DNA from: an uncultured Acidobacteriota bacterium
GTDB taxonomy: Bacteria; Acidobacteriota; Vicinamibacteria; Vicinamibacterales; 2-12-FULL-66-21
Direction: 5' to 3'
NCBI GenBank assembly: GCA_963836665.1
Contig: CAWIKL010000001.1
Coordinates: 1,999,818 to 2,063,817 of the forward strand
Length of the DNA: 64,000 nt
The position numbers were made by a program, and so were the translations under genes. Positions 56,030-64,000 of the stretch are shown piece by piece. Under the pieces are notes generated by a model that saw only the letters and a program-made list of their open reading frames with translations, was not told where the DNA came from and did no database searches. How positions within the stretch are numbered: position 1 is the stretch's first letter; each line of letters starts with the position of its first letter.

Positions 56030-58849
56030 GTGGCAACTGTTCGTATTTATAAAGTCGCGGAGCTGCTCAACCTCTCGAGCCAGGACGTCATGACGCTCCT
56101 GAAGAAAGATCACGGCATCGAGGTGAAGAGCGCATCGAGCACGATCGAAGAGGTCGTGGCGCGGGAGTTCGTCGGGAAGCAGGCGCGCCAGCGCGGCATC
56201 AAGGTGCCGTCGAACGCGTCGTTCGCCGATACCCCCGGCGCCGCGCGCGGCGGCCCGCTGAAAAAACCAGGCGGCAAGATGCCCGAGCCGGCGAAGCCGG
56301 CCGCGGCGGCGATGCCAGCGCCGCGCCTGGTCAAGACGGCCAAGCCGGCCTCGCCGGCCGTCGAACCGGCCCCGCCGGCAGGCCAGCCGCACGAACCGGT
56401 CGGCGCCGTGGCCGAGGAACCGCCGCCACCGGTCGAGGTGATCGCGCCGCAGGCGGTTGTCGCGGAACCGGAGCCGCCGGCGGCGTCGACGCCGGTCGAT
56501 GTCCGGCCCGCGCCGCCCGCACCGCCCGCACCGATCGCCGCCGCGCCGGTGACACCGGTCGAGGCGCCGGCTGCGGTCGAAGCCGCCGCGCCCGAACCGC
56601 AGGTACGGCCGACGGAACCGGGCCCCGCGCCGGTCGCGGCACGTCCGCCCGCCCCACCGGCGACGCCGGGACGCTTCGTCCCGCCGACGCTGCGCCTGCG
56701 GGTCGAGGATCCGAAGACCGGCGTCGCGCCGCCGGCGCCGCCACGGCGTCCGCTGCTCGTCCGTCCGCCGCTGCCGACCGCGCCGCCGCCGGCGGCGACG
56801 GGAAATCTCTCGAAGCCCGCGCCCGGCCAGCCGCAGCGTCCCGGGGCGCCGGGGGCGCCACGTCCGGGCGGTCCGTCGCGTCCGGGAGCATTCCCACGTC
56901 CGCAGGCACCGATGGGTGGGCCGCGGCCGCTGCCGTCACAGCCGGTGCGTCCGTCCCAGCCAGGACGCCCAATGGTGCCGGGCTATCGTCCCCCGCCGCC
57001 GCGCCCATCCGCGCCGCGTTCGGCCGGTCCACGCCGCGATCCGCGGCCACAGGCGCCGTCACAGATCAGCACACCACCGCCGCCGGTGACGCGCACCATT
57101 ACGCTGGCCGAGGGGATGACCGTCTCCGATCTGGCGCTGAAGCTCGACGTCAAGGCCAAGGACGTCATGAAGAAGTTGATGGAAAAGCGCATGATGGTCA
57201 CCATCAACAGCACGCTCGACACCGATACGACGTCGATGATCGCGCGCGAGTTCGGCGCCGAGGTCAAGATGCAGTCGTTCGAAGAGGAACTGCTGCAGGT
57301 CGAGGCGGAAGACAGCAAGCCCGAGGACATGGTGACCCGGGCGCCCGTCGTCACCGTCATGGGCCACGTCGATCACGGCAAGACGACGCTGCTCGACGCT
57401 ATCCGCGAGACCCGCGTCGCCGAGCGCGAAGCCGGCGGCATCACCCAGCACATCGGCGCCTACGCGGTGAACGTCGGCGACAGGAACGTGGTGTTCCTCG
57501 ACACGCCCGGTCACGAAGCGTTCACGATGATGCGTGCCCGCGGCGCTCGGGTCACCGACGTCGTCGTCCTGGTCGTCGCGGCCGACGACGGCGTCATGCC
57601 GCAGACGCGTGAAGCGATCGATCACGCCAAGGCGGCCGGCGTGCCGATTCTGGTGGCGATCAACAAGATCGACAAGGCCAACGCCAATCCCGATCGCGTC
57701 AAGAAAGAGCTGTCGGATCTCGGGCTGGTGCCGGAAGACTGGGGCGGCTCGACCGTCACGGTGCCGGTCTCGGCGAAGAAGCGCGAGAACATCCCGGCGT
57801 TGCTGGAGATGGTCCTCCTCGTCACCGAGTTGAGCGAGCTGAAGGCCAACCCGAAGCGCAGCGCGTCGGGCACCGTGCTCGAAGCCAAGCTCGACAAGGG
57901 ACGCGGCCCCGTCGCCACCGTCCTCGTCCAGGACGGCACCCTGCGCGTCGGCGACACGCTCATCGCCGGCACGATCGTCGGGCGCGTGCGCGCGCTGATC
58001 GACGATCGCGGCAAGTCGATCAAGATCGCGCCGCCGGCGACGCCGGTGGAAGTGCTCGGCCTCGGCGGCCTGCCCTCGCCGGGCGATCTCTTCCAGGCGC
58101 TGTCCGACCCGGCCAAGGCGCGACAGATCGCGCAGTACCGCCAGATGCAGGCGAAGGACAAGGCGCTCGGCGCCAAGGGCGGACGCCTCACGATGGAAAC
58201 GCTGCAGCGGCAGATTGCCGAAGGCGGCATGAAGGAACTGCCGATCATCATCAAGGCGGACGTGCAGGGCTCGGCCGAAGTGCTGTCCGACACCCTCACC
58301 AAGCTGAGCGACGATCGGGTCAAGATCCGGATCATCCACAGCGGAGTCGGCGCCATCAACGAGTCCGACGTACTCCTGGCGGCGGCCTCCAACGCCATCG
58401 TCATCGGCTTCAACGTGCGGCCGGATCGCAACGCCGCCGACGTGGCCGACCGCGACAAGGTCGACATCCGCCTGCACTCGGTCATCTACGCCGTCACCGA
58501 CGAGATGAAGAAGGCGATGACCGGACTGCTGGAGCCGACGCTCAAGGAAGTGCGGATGGGCGCGGCCGAAGTGCGCGAGACCTTCAAGGTGCCAAAGTTC
58601 GGCACCATCGCCGGCTGCATGGTCACCGAGGGCACGATCAAGCGTTCGGGCGACACGAACGCCCGGCTGGTTCGCGACAACGTGGTGATCCACGAAGGCA
58701 AGATCGGCTCGCTACGCCGTTTCAAGGACGACGTTTCCGAAGTCAAGGCCGGCTTCGAGTGCGGCATCGGCTTCGAAAAGTACAACGACATCAAGGTGGG
58801 CGACGTCATCGAGGCGTTCGTCGTGGAGCGGGTTGCCGCCACGGCCTGA
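56030..58849 (+). CDS. infB: translation initiation factor IF-2 (939 aa)
   Basis: GTG start after AAGGA. N-terminal domain, a Pro/Ala-rich region of about 300 aa, GTPase motifs [20 protein letters not shown] and NKID, and a C-terminal beta-barrel. Confidence 0.95.
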   Translation: MATVRIYKVAELLNLSSQDVMTLLKKDHGIEVKSASSTIEEVVAREFVGKQARQRGIKVPSNASFADTPGAARGGPLKKPGGKMPEPAKPAAAAMPAPRLVKTAKPASPAVEPAPPAGQPHEPVGAVAEEPPPPVEVIAPQAVVAEPEPPAASTPVDVRPAPPAPPAPIAAAPVTPVEAPAAVEAAAPEPQVRPTEPGPAPVAARPPAPPATPGRFVPPTLRLRVEDPKTGVAPPAPPRRPLLVRPPLPTAPPPAATGNLSKPAPGQPQRPGAPGAPRPGGPSRPGAFPRPQAPMGGPRPLPSQPVRPSQPGRPMVPGYRPPPPRPSAPRSAGPRRDPRPQAPSQISTPPPPVTRTITLAEGMTVSDLALKLDVKAKDVMKKLMEKRMMVTINSTLDTDTTSMIAREFGAEVKMQSFEEELLQVEAEDSKPEDMVTRAPVVTVMGHVDHGKTTLLDAIRETRVAEREAGGITQHIGAYAVNVGDRNVVFLDTPGHEAFTMMRARGARVTDVVVLVVAADDGVMPQTREAIDHAKAAGVPILVAINKIDKANANPDRVKKELSDLGLVPEDWGGSTVTVPVSAKKRENIPALLEMVLLVTELSELKANPKRSASGTVLEAKLDKGRGPVATVLVQDGTLRVGDTLIAGTIVGRVRALIDDRGKSIKIAPPATPVEVLGLGGLPSPGDLFQALSDPAKARQIAQYRQMQAKDKALGAKGGRLTMETLQRQIAEGGMKELPIIIKADVQGSAEVLSDTLTKLSDDRVKIRIIHSGVGAINESDVLLAAASNAIVIGFNVRPDRNAADVADRDKVDIRLHSVIYAVTDEMKKAMTGLLEPTLKEVRMGAAEVRETFKVPKFGTIAGCMVTEGTIKRSGDTNARLVRDNVVIHEGKIGSLRRFKDDVSEVKAGFECGIGFEKYNDIKVGDVIEAFVVERVAATA

Positions 58850-58871
58850 CGCGGTCAATGGCGACTGACCA

Positions 58872-59324
58872 ATGGCCAATAACCGTCCCGACCGCGTCGC
58901 AGAGGCTATCCGCGACGAGCTGTCGCAGCTGATCGCGCGTCAGGTTCATGACCCCGGCATCGGCTTCCTGACCCTGACGCGCGTGTCGGTGACGTCCGAC
59001 CTGCAGCAGGCCCGCGTCTACTACACGTCGATGGGGGACGAGAAGGCACAGCTCGAGACGGCGAAGGCGCTGAAACGCGCCGTGCCATTCCTGCGCCGCC
59101 AGCTCGGCTCCCGCATCCGTCTGCGCCGCGTCCCGGAGCTGACGTTTTTCTTCGACAAATCGATCGGCCACACCGATCGCATCGAGCAGATCCTGCAGGA
59201 CCTGCGAACCGAGGCGGCGGCGCGGAGCGAGGGCGCGGCGGAAAGCGGACCGACCGCGGATGGGACACCCGCGAGCGAGCGCCCCGGAGGAACAGAAGGG
59301 GCGAAGCCCCCCGGACACGAATGA
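58872..59324 (+). CDS. rbfA: ribosome-binding factor A (150 aa)
   Basis: RVAEAIRDELSQLI...LTLTRVSVTSDLQQARVYY...LRRVPELTFFFD. Extended acidic/Ala-rich C-terminus. Confidence 0.9.
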   Translation: MANNRPDRVAEAIRDELSQLIARQVHDPGIGFLTLTRVSVTSDLQQARVYYTSMGDEKAQLETAKALKRAVPFLRRQLGSRIRLRRVPELTFFFDKSIGHTDRIEQILQDLRTEAAARSEGAAESGPTADGTPASERPGGTEGAKPPGHE

Positions 59325-60313
59325 CAAACCCGAAGAGCGACATCTGCGACGCGATTCACGCGCGCAGGCGCTTCCTGATTACCTCCCACGCCAAGCCTGA
59401 CGGGGACTCGATCGGCTCGCAGCTGGCGCTGGCCTACGCCCTCGAAGTGCTCGGCAAGGAGGTCCGCATCGTCAACGCCGACCCGGCGCCGGCGCACTAC
59501 GGTGACTTCCCCGGACTCGACCGCATCGAGATCATGCGCGAGCTGGTCGAGCGCCCCGGCCGCCGCGAGGACGAGGCGCTGCTGGTCATGGAGTCGAGCG
59601 ACCTGAAGCGAACCGGCGTTGCCGGATTCGAGGGGCGCTTCACCGTCAACGTCGATCATCACCAGGGCAATACCGGGTTCGGCGATCTCAACTGGATCGA
59701 CGAATCGGCGGCGGCCTGCGGCGAGATGGTCTTCGACCTGATCGAGGCTCTCGGGGTGCCGCTGACCATCGAGATCGCGACGCACGTCTACCTGGCCATC
59801 CTGACCGACACCGGCTCGTTCCACTACGCCAACATCACGCCGAAGACGTTCGACATCTGCCGCCGCTGCACCGAGGCAGGTGTCAATCCGGCGGCGATGG
59901 CGCGGCGGGTCTTCGACCAGAACAGCATCGGCAAGCTGAAACTGATTGGCGCACTGCTGGCGCAGATGGATCTCCTCGACGGCGGACGTCTGGCGGCGAT
60001 GTATCTCGACGACGACGTGCTCAACGCCACCGGGACGACCTACAACGATACCGAGGGGCTGATCAACCTGCCGCTGACGGCGAAGGAGATCCGCGCCGTC
60101 GTCTTTTTCAAGGTCGGCGCCGACGGCGACATCCACATCAGCATGCGTTCGAAGTACGACGTCGACGTCCGCACGGTCGCGGCGCGGCACGGCGGCGGCG
60201 GCCACAAGAACGCGGCCGGCTTCAAGGTGCGGGGCGCACTGAATGCCACGCGTGATGGCGTCCTGCGGGAAGTGACGGAGGCGATCGCGCTGGGCATTCA
60301 CGCGAGGCCGTGA
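59321..60313 (+). CDS. nrnA: DHH-family phosphoesterase, NrnA-like oligoribonuclease/pAp phosphatase (330 aa)
   Basis: HAKPDGDSIGS, DHH (NVDHHQGN) and a DHHA1 GGGH motif (HGGGGHKNAAGF). ATGA overlap with rbfA. Confidence 0.8.
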   Translation: MTNPKSDICDAIHARRRFLITSHAKPDGDSIGSQLALAYALEVLGKEVRIVNADPAPAHYGDFPGLDRIEIMRELVERPGRREDEALLVMESSDLKRTGVAGFEGRFTVNVDHHQGNTGFGDLNWIDESAAACGEMVFDLIEALGVPLTIEIATHVYLAILTDTGSFHYANITPKTFDICRRCTEAGVNPAAMARRVFDQNSIGKLKLIGALLAQMDLLDGGRLAAMYLDDDVLNATGTTYNDTEGLINLPLTAKEIRAVVFFKVGADGDIHISMRSKYDVDVRTVAARHGGGGHKNAAGFKVRGALNATRDGVLREVTEAIALGIHARP

Positions 60314-61326
60314 TGACGGCGCCAGGAGTTGTGGCGTTGGGCATTGACGCGGCGCGCGGCATGGCCGGCGCCTTACTGATCGACAAGCCATCGGGACCGA
60401 CGTCTCACGACGTGGTCGCCGTGCTCAGACGGACGCTCAAGACGCCGCGCGTCGGGCACACCGGCACGCTCGATCCGCTGGCGACGGGGCTGCTCGTCAT
60501 GCTGATCGGCGGGGCGACGCGCCTGGCGCAGTTCCTCGCCACCGACGAGAAGGAATACGTCGCCGACATCCGACTCGGCCTCGCGACGCCGACCTACGAC
60601 GCGGCGTCGCTGGCGGAGGGTGTCCGATCGCCAATGGACGATGGGCGATGGGCGATGGACGCGGATCTCGAATCGGTTCTCGACCGCTTTCGCGGCAGCT
60701 TTCTGCAGACCCCTCCCCAGTTCTCGGCGAAGAAGATCGGGGGAGTCGCGGCATATGAAAAGGCGCGAAGACACGAAACCGTCGACCTGAAGCCGACCCT
60801 TGTCACCGTCCGGGAGCTTGAAGTTCTCGGCCCATCGCCCACCGCCCATCGCTCATCGCGCATCGAACGGCGAGACGACACGCTCGTTCGTCTGAGGGTC
60901 GCGGCGAGCGCGGGGTTTTACGTCCGCTCTCTCGCGCACGACCTCGGTCAGGCGTTGGGCTGTGGCGCGCACCTTGAGGCGCTCCGCCGGATGCGTGTGG
61001 GTCGGTTCCGCGTCGAGGACGCGTTGACGCTGGATCGACTCGACGCGGCGAGCCCCGGACGCTTTATCGCGGCCGCCAGCCTGCTTGGGGACATGCCCGC
61101 AGTCACCTTGACCGAGCCCGGCGTTCAACGGGCAAGCCACGGAAACACCCTCGCCCCTGCCCACGCGAAACGAGAGGACAGCCCCCTCTTTCGCGTCCCG
61201 GAAACGGACAACAACGGGGGCGCGGTTGCCGTATTTGTGCGACTGCTCGAGGCGGACGGAACGCTGCTCGCGGTGGCGGAAGCGCGTGGAGACGGGCTTT
61301 TGCATCCTATCGTCGTCTTAAGGTAA
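60310..61326 (+). CDS. truB: tRNA pseudouridine(55) synthase TruB (338 aa; start 60310/60313, or 60361)
   Basis: LLIDKPSGPTSHDVV, HTGTLDPLATGLL (catalytic Asp), FLQTPPQFSAKKIGG and GFYVRSLAHDLG. Overlaps the nrnA stop. Confidence 0.9.
   Translation: MMTAPGVVALGIDAARGMAGALLIDKPSGPTSHDVVAVLRRTLKTPRVGHTGTLDPLATGLLVMLIGGATRLAQFLATDEKEYVADIRLGLATPTYDAASLAEGVRSPMDDGRWAMDADLESVLDRFRGSFLQTPPQFSAKKIGGVAAYEKARRHETVDLKPTLVTVRELEVLGPSPTAHRSSRIERRDDTLVRLRVAASAGFYVRSLAHDLGQALGCGAHLEALRRMRVGRFRVEDALTLDRLDAASPGRFIAAASLLGDMPAVTLTEPGVQRASHGNTLAPAHAKREDSPLFRVPETDNNGGAVAVFVRLLEADGTLLAVAEARGDGLLHPIVVLR
60625..60673. repeat. heptamer array (CGATGGG-like, 7 units) inside truB
   Basis: cgatcgc caatgga cgatggg cgatggg cgatgga cgcggat ctcgaat, read directly. 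Confidence 0.75.
60831..60865. repeat. heptamer array (CCCATCG-like, 5 units) inside truB, reverse complement of the 60625 array
   Basis: cccatcg cccaccg cccatcg ctcatcg cgcatcg, read directly. The units ctcatcg and cgcatcg also occur in the 50428 array. Confidence 0.75.
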
Positions 61327-61357
61327 AATACTGAACCGTCTGTAAATACGGCAACGG

Positions 61358-61398
61358 CGGCCCGGTGCGGGAGATGTCCTCCCGAGTGTTCTGGGCCG
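61358..61398 (+). promoter_or_regulatory. structured 5' leader of rpsO (nested helices), candidate S15 autoregulatory element
   Basis: Outer helix CGGCCC (61358-63) / GGGCCG (61393-98). Inner hairpin GGGAG-atgtc-CTCCC (61369-83). Followed by the Shine-Dalgarno sequence GGAGGA (61404-09) and a GTG start at 61418. Confidence 0.35.
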
Positions 61399-61417
61399 TG
61401 CGTGGAGGACGCCAATC

Positions 61418-61684
61418 GTGTTGAGCAAGGACCGCAAGACAGAAGTCATCGGCAGTTACGCCACCCACCAAGGCGATACCGGATCCCCCGAAGTGCAGGT
61501 CGCGATTCTCAGCGAGCGCATCAGCTATCTCACCGAGCACTTCAAGGCGCATGCGAAGGACCACCACTCGCGCCGTGGACTCCTCAAGCTGGTCGGACAG
61601 CGCCGCCGCCTGCTGGATTATCTCAAGCGCAAGGACTCGGACCGCTACGCGGACCTGATCAAGCGCCTCGGCATTCGCAAGTAG
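61418..61684 (+). CDS. rpsO: 30S ribosomal protein S15 (88 aa)
   Basis: [52 protein letters not shown] is canonical S15. GTG start. Confidence 0.95.
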   Translation: MLSKDRKTEVIGSYATHQGDTGSPEVQVAILSERISYLTEHFKAHAKDHHSRRGLLKLVGQRRRLLDYLKRKDSDRYADLIKRLGIRK

Positions 61685-61690
61685 TCAGGG

Positions 61691-61709
61691 CTGGGTCCCC
61701 AGGACCCGG
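61691..61709 (+). terminator. short stem-loop after rpsO (8-bp stem with one G-U pair, 3-nt loop, no U-tract)
   Basis: CTGGGTCC-cca-GGACCCGG, read directly. It sits in the rpsO-pnp spacer, where processing or attenuation hairpins are common. Confidence 0.3.
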
Positions 61710-61770
61710 TCCATCCCCGTTCGCGCACCCTAGGAAAGCTGGCGCAGCTCACAACAGAAAGACAGATCAC

Positions 61771-63879
61771 ATGTACACACGCGACATTACCGTCGGCGGA
61801 CGCACTATCTCGATTGAGACCGGCCGGATGGCCAAGCAGGCCGATGGCGCGGTCGTCGTCCGCTCGGGCGACGCCGTCGTCCTGGTCAGTGCCTGCGCGG
61901 CCACCAATCCGCGCGAGGGCATCGATTTCCTGCCGCTCACGGTGGACTACAAAGAAAACACCTACGCGTCAGGGCGCATCCCCGGCGGCTTCTTCAAGCG
62001 TGAGGGGAAGCCGGCCGAGAAGGAAGTGCTGACCAGCCGCCTGATCGATCGGCCGATCCGCCCACTGTTCCCCGACGGCTGGCGCCACGAGACGCAGATC
62101 ATCGCTCTCGTGCTCTCGGCCGACGGTGAAAACGACACCGACGTGCTGGCCATTACCGGTGCGTCGGCGGCGCTGGCGCTCTCGACGATCCCGGTCCAGA
62201 AGACGATCGCCGGCGTCCGTGTCGGCCTGATCGACGGTACGTTCATCATCAACCCGACGTTCGAGCAGCGGAAGGCCAGCCAGCTCGATTTGATCGTGGC
62301 CGGCACGAGCGACGGCATCGTGATGGTCGAGGCGGGCGCAAAGGAAGTGACCGAGCCCGACATGGTCACGGCGCTCGAGACGGCCCACGCGGCGATCAAG
62401 GAGATCGTGGCCGGCATCGACAGCCTGGCCAAGCAGGCCGGCAAGACGAAGAAGGCGATCGCCACCAAGGCGATCGACGCTGCGCTCCGGCAGGACGTGC
62501 ACAGCAAGGCCTACGAGAAGCTTGCCGCCGCGATGCGCATCCACGACAAGCTCGAGAACTACTCCACCGTCGACAAGGTGCTCGAGGAGCTCGTCGCCAG
62601 CTACGACGAGACCGACGCCGACAAGCGTGCCGGCGCCAAGTCGGTGTTCAAGGGGCTCAAGGAACAGGTCATGCGCGACGAGGCGCTCGAGCGGGGCAAG
62701 CGGCTCGACGGCCGCAAGTTCGACGAGATCCGCCCGATCACGATCGAAGTCGGCGTGCTGCCGCGCACCCACGGCTCGGCACTCTTCACCCGCGGTGAAA
62801 CGCAGGCGCTGGTCACGGCCACGCTCGGGACCGCTGACGACCAGCAGAAGATCGAGACGATGGACGGCGAGGTGTGGAAGCGGTTCATGCTCCACTACAA
62901 CTTCCCGCCCTTCTCGGTCGGCGAAGTCGGCCGCTTCACCGGCCCCGGCCGGCGCGAGATCGGGCACGGCGCGCTCGCCGAGCGCGCGCTGACGCCGATG
63001 ATGCCGGCCGAGGATCAGTTCCCCTACACCGTCCGCATCGTCTCCGACATCCTCGAGTCGAACGGGTCGTCGTCGATGGCCTCGGTCTGCGGCGGGTCGT
63101 TGGCGATGATGGACGCCGGCGTGCCGCTCAAGAAGTCGGTGGCCGGGGTGGCGATGGGCTTGATCATGGACGAGGCGACCGGCAAGTACGCCGTCCTCTC
63201 CGACATCGCGGGCGCCGAAGACCATTACGGCGACATGGACTTCAAGGTCACCGGCACCGCCGAAGGCATTACCGCGCTGCAGATGGACATCAAGGTCTCG
63301 GGCATCAACCACGAGATCCTGACCAAGGCGCTCGACCAGGCCCGCACCGGCCGCCTGTTCATCCTGGGCAAGATGCAGACAGCGCTGAAGACCCATCGCA
63401 GCGACGTCTCTCGTCACGCCCCGCGCATCGTCACCATCAAGATCCCCGTCGACAAGATCCGCGACGTCATCGGCCCGGGCGGCAAGATGATCCGGAGCAT
63501 CATCGAGCGGACCGGCGTCAAGATCGACGTCGAGGACAACGGCACGGTCAATGTCGCCAGCGCCGACGAGGCGTCGGCGGCGCGGGCGATCGGCATCATC
63601 CAGGAACTGACCGCGACCCCCGAGCTCAACAAGACCTACATGGGCAAGGTGCAGCGGATCACTGATTTCGGCGCGTTCATCGAGATCATGCCTGGCCTCG
63701 ACGGGCTGCTGCACGTGTCGGAAATCGCGCACTACCGCGTCAAGGACGTCCGTGACGAGCTGAAAGAAGGCGATCAGGTGATGGTGAAAGTCATCAACAT
63801 CGATCCGTCCGGAAAGATTCGGCTCAGCCGCAAGGCGCTGCTCCCCACGCCGGACGCCAAGGAACCGGCCCAGAAGTAG
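61771..63879 (+). CDS. pnp: polyribonucleotide nucleotidyltransferase (PNPase, 703 aa)
   Basis: MYTRDITVGGRTISIETGRMAKQADGAVVV, two RNase PH domains, and KH (PRIVTIKIPVDKIRDVIGPGGKMIRSI) and S1 (GKVQRITDFGAFIEI) domains. The upstream part of ORF 61402-63879 overlaps rpsO out of frame. Confidence 0.95.
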   Translation: MYTRDITVGGRTISIETGRMAKQADGAVVVRSGDAVVLVSACAATNPREGIDFLPLTVDYKENTYASGRIPGGFFKREGKPAEKEVLTSRLIDRPIRPLFPDGWRHETQIIALVLSADGENDTDVLAITGASAALALSTIPVQKTIAGVRVGLIDGTFIINPTFEQRKASQLDLIVAGTSDGIVMVEAGAKEVTEPDMVTALETAHAAIKEIVAGIDSLAKQAGKTKKAIATKAIDAALRQDVHSKAYEKLAAAMRIHDKLENYSTVDKVLEELVASYDETDADKRAGAKSVFKGLKEQVMRDEALERGKRLDGRKFDEIRPITIEVGVLPRTHGSALFTRGETQALVTATLGTADDQQKIETMDGEVWKRFMLHYNFPPFSVGEVGRFTGPGRREIGHGALAERALTPMMPAEDQFPYTVRIVSDILESNGSSSMASVCGGSLAMMDAGVPLKKSVAGVAMGLIMDEATGKYAVLSDIAGAEDHYGDMDFKVTGTAEGITALQMDIKVSGINHEILTKALDQARTGRLFILGKMQTALKTHRSDVSRHAPRIVTIKIPVDKIRDVIGPGGKMIRSIIERTGVKIDVEDNGTVNVASADEASAARAIGIIQELTATPELNKTYMGKVQRITDFGAFIEIMPGLDGLLHVSEIAHYRVKDVRDELKEGDQVMVKVINIDPSGKIRLSRKALLPTPDAKEPAQK

Positions 63880-63904
63880 GGCGGTCGTCGAGCCATCCCT
63901 AACG

Positions 63905-63938
63905 GACGGGGTGAGGCCGTTTGGCGCCTCGCCCCGTC
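63905..63938 (+). terminator. 13-bp-stem hairpin after pnp (GACGGGGTGAGGC ... GCCTCGCCCCGTC)
   Basis: Read directly, 26 nt after the TAG stop, with one G-U pair. No U-tract. The arm sequence GCCTCGCCCC is the same motif as the rimO insert repeats. Confidence 0.5.
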
Positions 63939-63960
63939 TAACCAGTTACAGGGGGAAACC

Positions 63961-64000
63961 ATGCGCGCTCGCCAATGGCTGGCCTTGGCTACGTTTGGCG
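63961..64000 (+). CDS. 5' end of an ORF (MRARQWLALATFG...), truncated by the window
   Basis: ATG preceded by GGGGGAAAC. The start is signal-peptide-like. Too short to assign. Confidence 0.3.
   Translation, partial: MRARQWLALATFG

Noticed and set aside
56280-57100. The Pro/Ala-rich 270-aa region of IF-2, considered as an unusual insertion.
   Set aside because: A long low-complexity N-terminal linker is a normal, highly variable feature of bacterial IF-2, especially in GC-rich taxa.

Overview
This is a high-GC (roughly 68-70% by eye) bacterial chromosomal segment. It is most consistent with Acidobacteriota: it has a protein with the N-terminal 'VWFA-related acidobacterial domain' architecture, many large secreted hydrolases, and a long conserved translation-factor gene string. 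I call about 50 protein-coding genes. I found no rRNA, tRNA, CRISPR array, transposase, integrase or phage genes.

Layout:
- 1-12 kb: small secreted proteins or lipoproteins, a CPA2 antiporter, and a four-gene MdtABC-type RND efflux operon plus a NodT outer-membrane factor. The four genes are all joined by ATGA start/stop overlaps.
- 12-23 kb: secreted degradative enzymes (BNR/sortilin-like protein, tandem TonB_C protein, S9 DPP-IV-like peptidase, NPCBM-GH27 alpha-galactosidase).
- 23-36.5 kb: a co-directional minus-strand string. It contains glycosylasparaginase, an M14 peptidase, a metallophosphoesterase, an OprO/P porin, CotH, YitT, an ABC-2 exporter, and a kinase/phospho-lyase fusion.
- 36.5-51 kb: mixed metabolism and envelope genes (threonine dehydratase, GlgP, DinB, VWA, M24, HtrA, CYTH, and an NTP-transferase plus kinase pair).
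- 51-64 kb: asnS-rimO, then rimP-nusA-infB-rbfA-nrnA-truB-rpsO-pnp.

I do not see a convincing novel multi-gene defence or mobile system. The most unusual signal is at the nucleotide level. It is a dispersed family of degenerate heptanucleotide tandem repeats (units such as GCNCATC/GATGNGC, NNCAATC and GGCGAGG/CCTCGCC), often arranged as inverted arrays that would form long hairpins. The repeats occur in two intergenic regions (46.86-46.99 kb and 50.43-50.52 kb). They also occur in frame inside the conserved genes rimO (53.04-53.16 kb) and truB (60.63-60.87 kb).

Other points worth a second look:
- an apparent +1 frameshift in nusA at a C5 tract, and a second disrupted ORF near 650; both are likely indel errors
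- an ABC-2 exporter translationally coupled to a hydroxylysine-kinase-like/AGXT2L-type phospho-lyase fusion
- a CotH/phosphate-porin/phosphoesterase cluster
- an 88-aa low-complexity insert in the MdtB-like pump
- several -10 boxes placed 6-9 nt from start codons, suggesting leaderless mRNAs

All functional calls come from motif and family recognition by eye, with no database search. Coordinates were hand-derived from the ORF track and the sequence.
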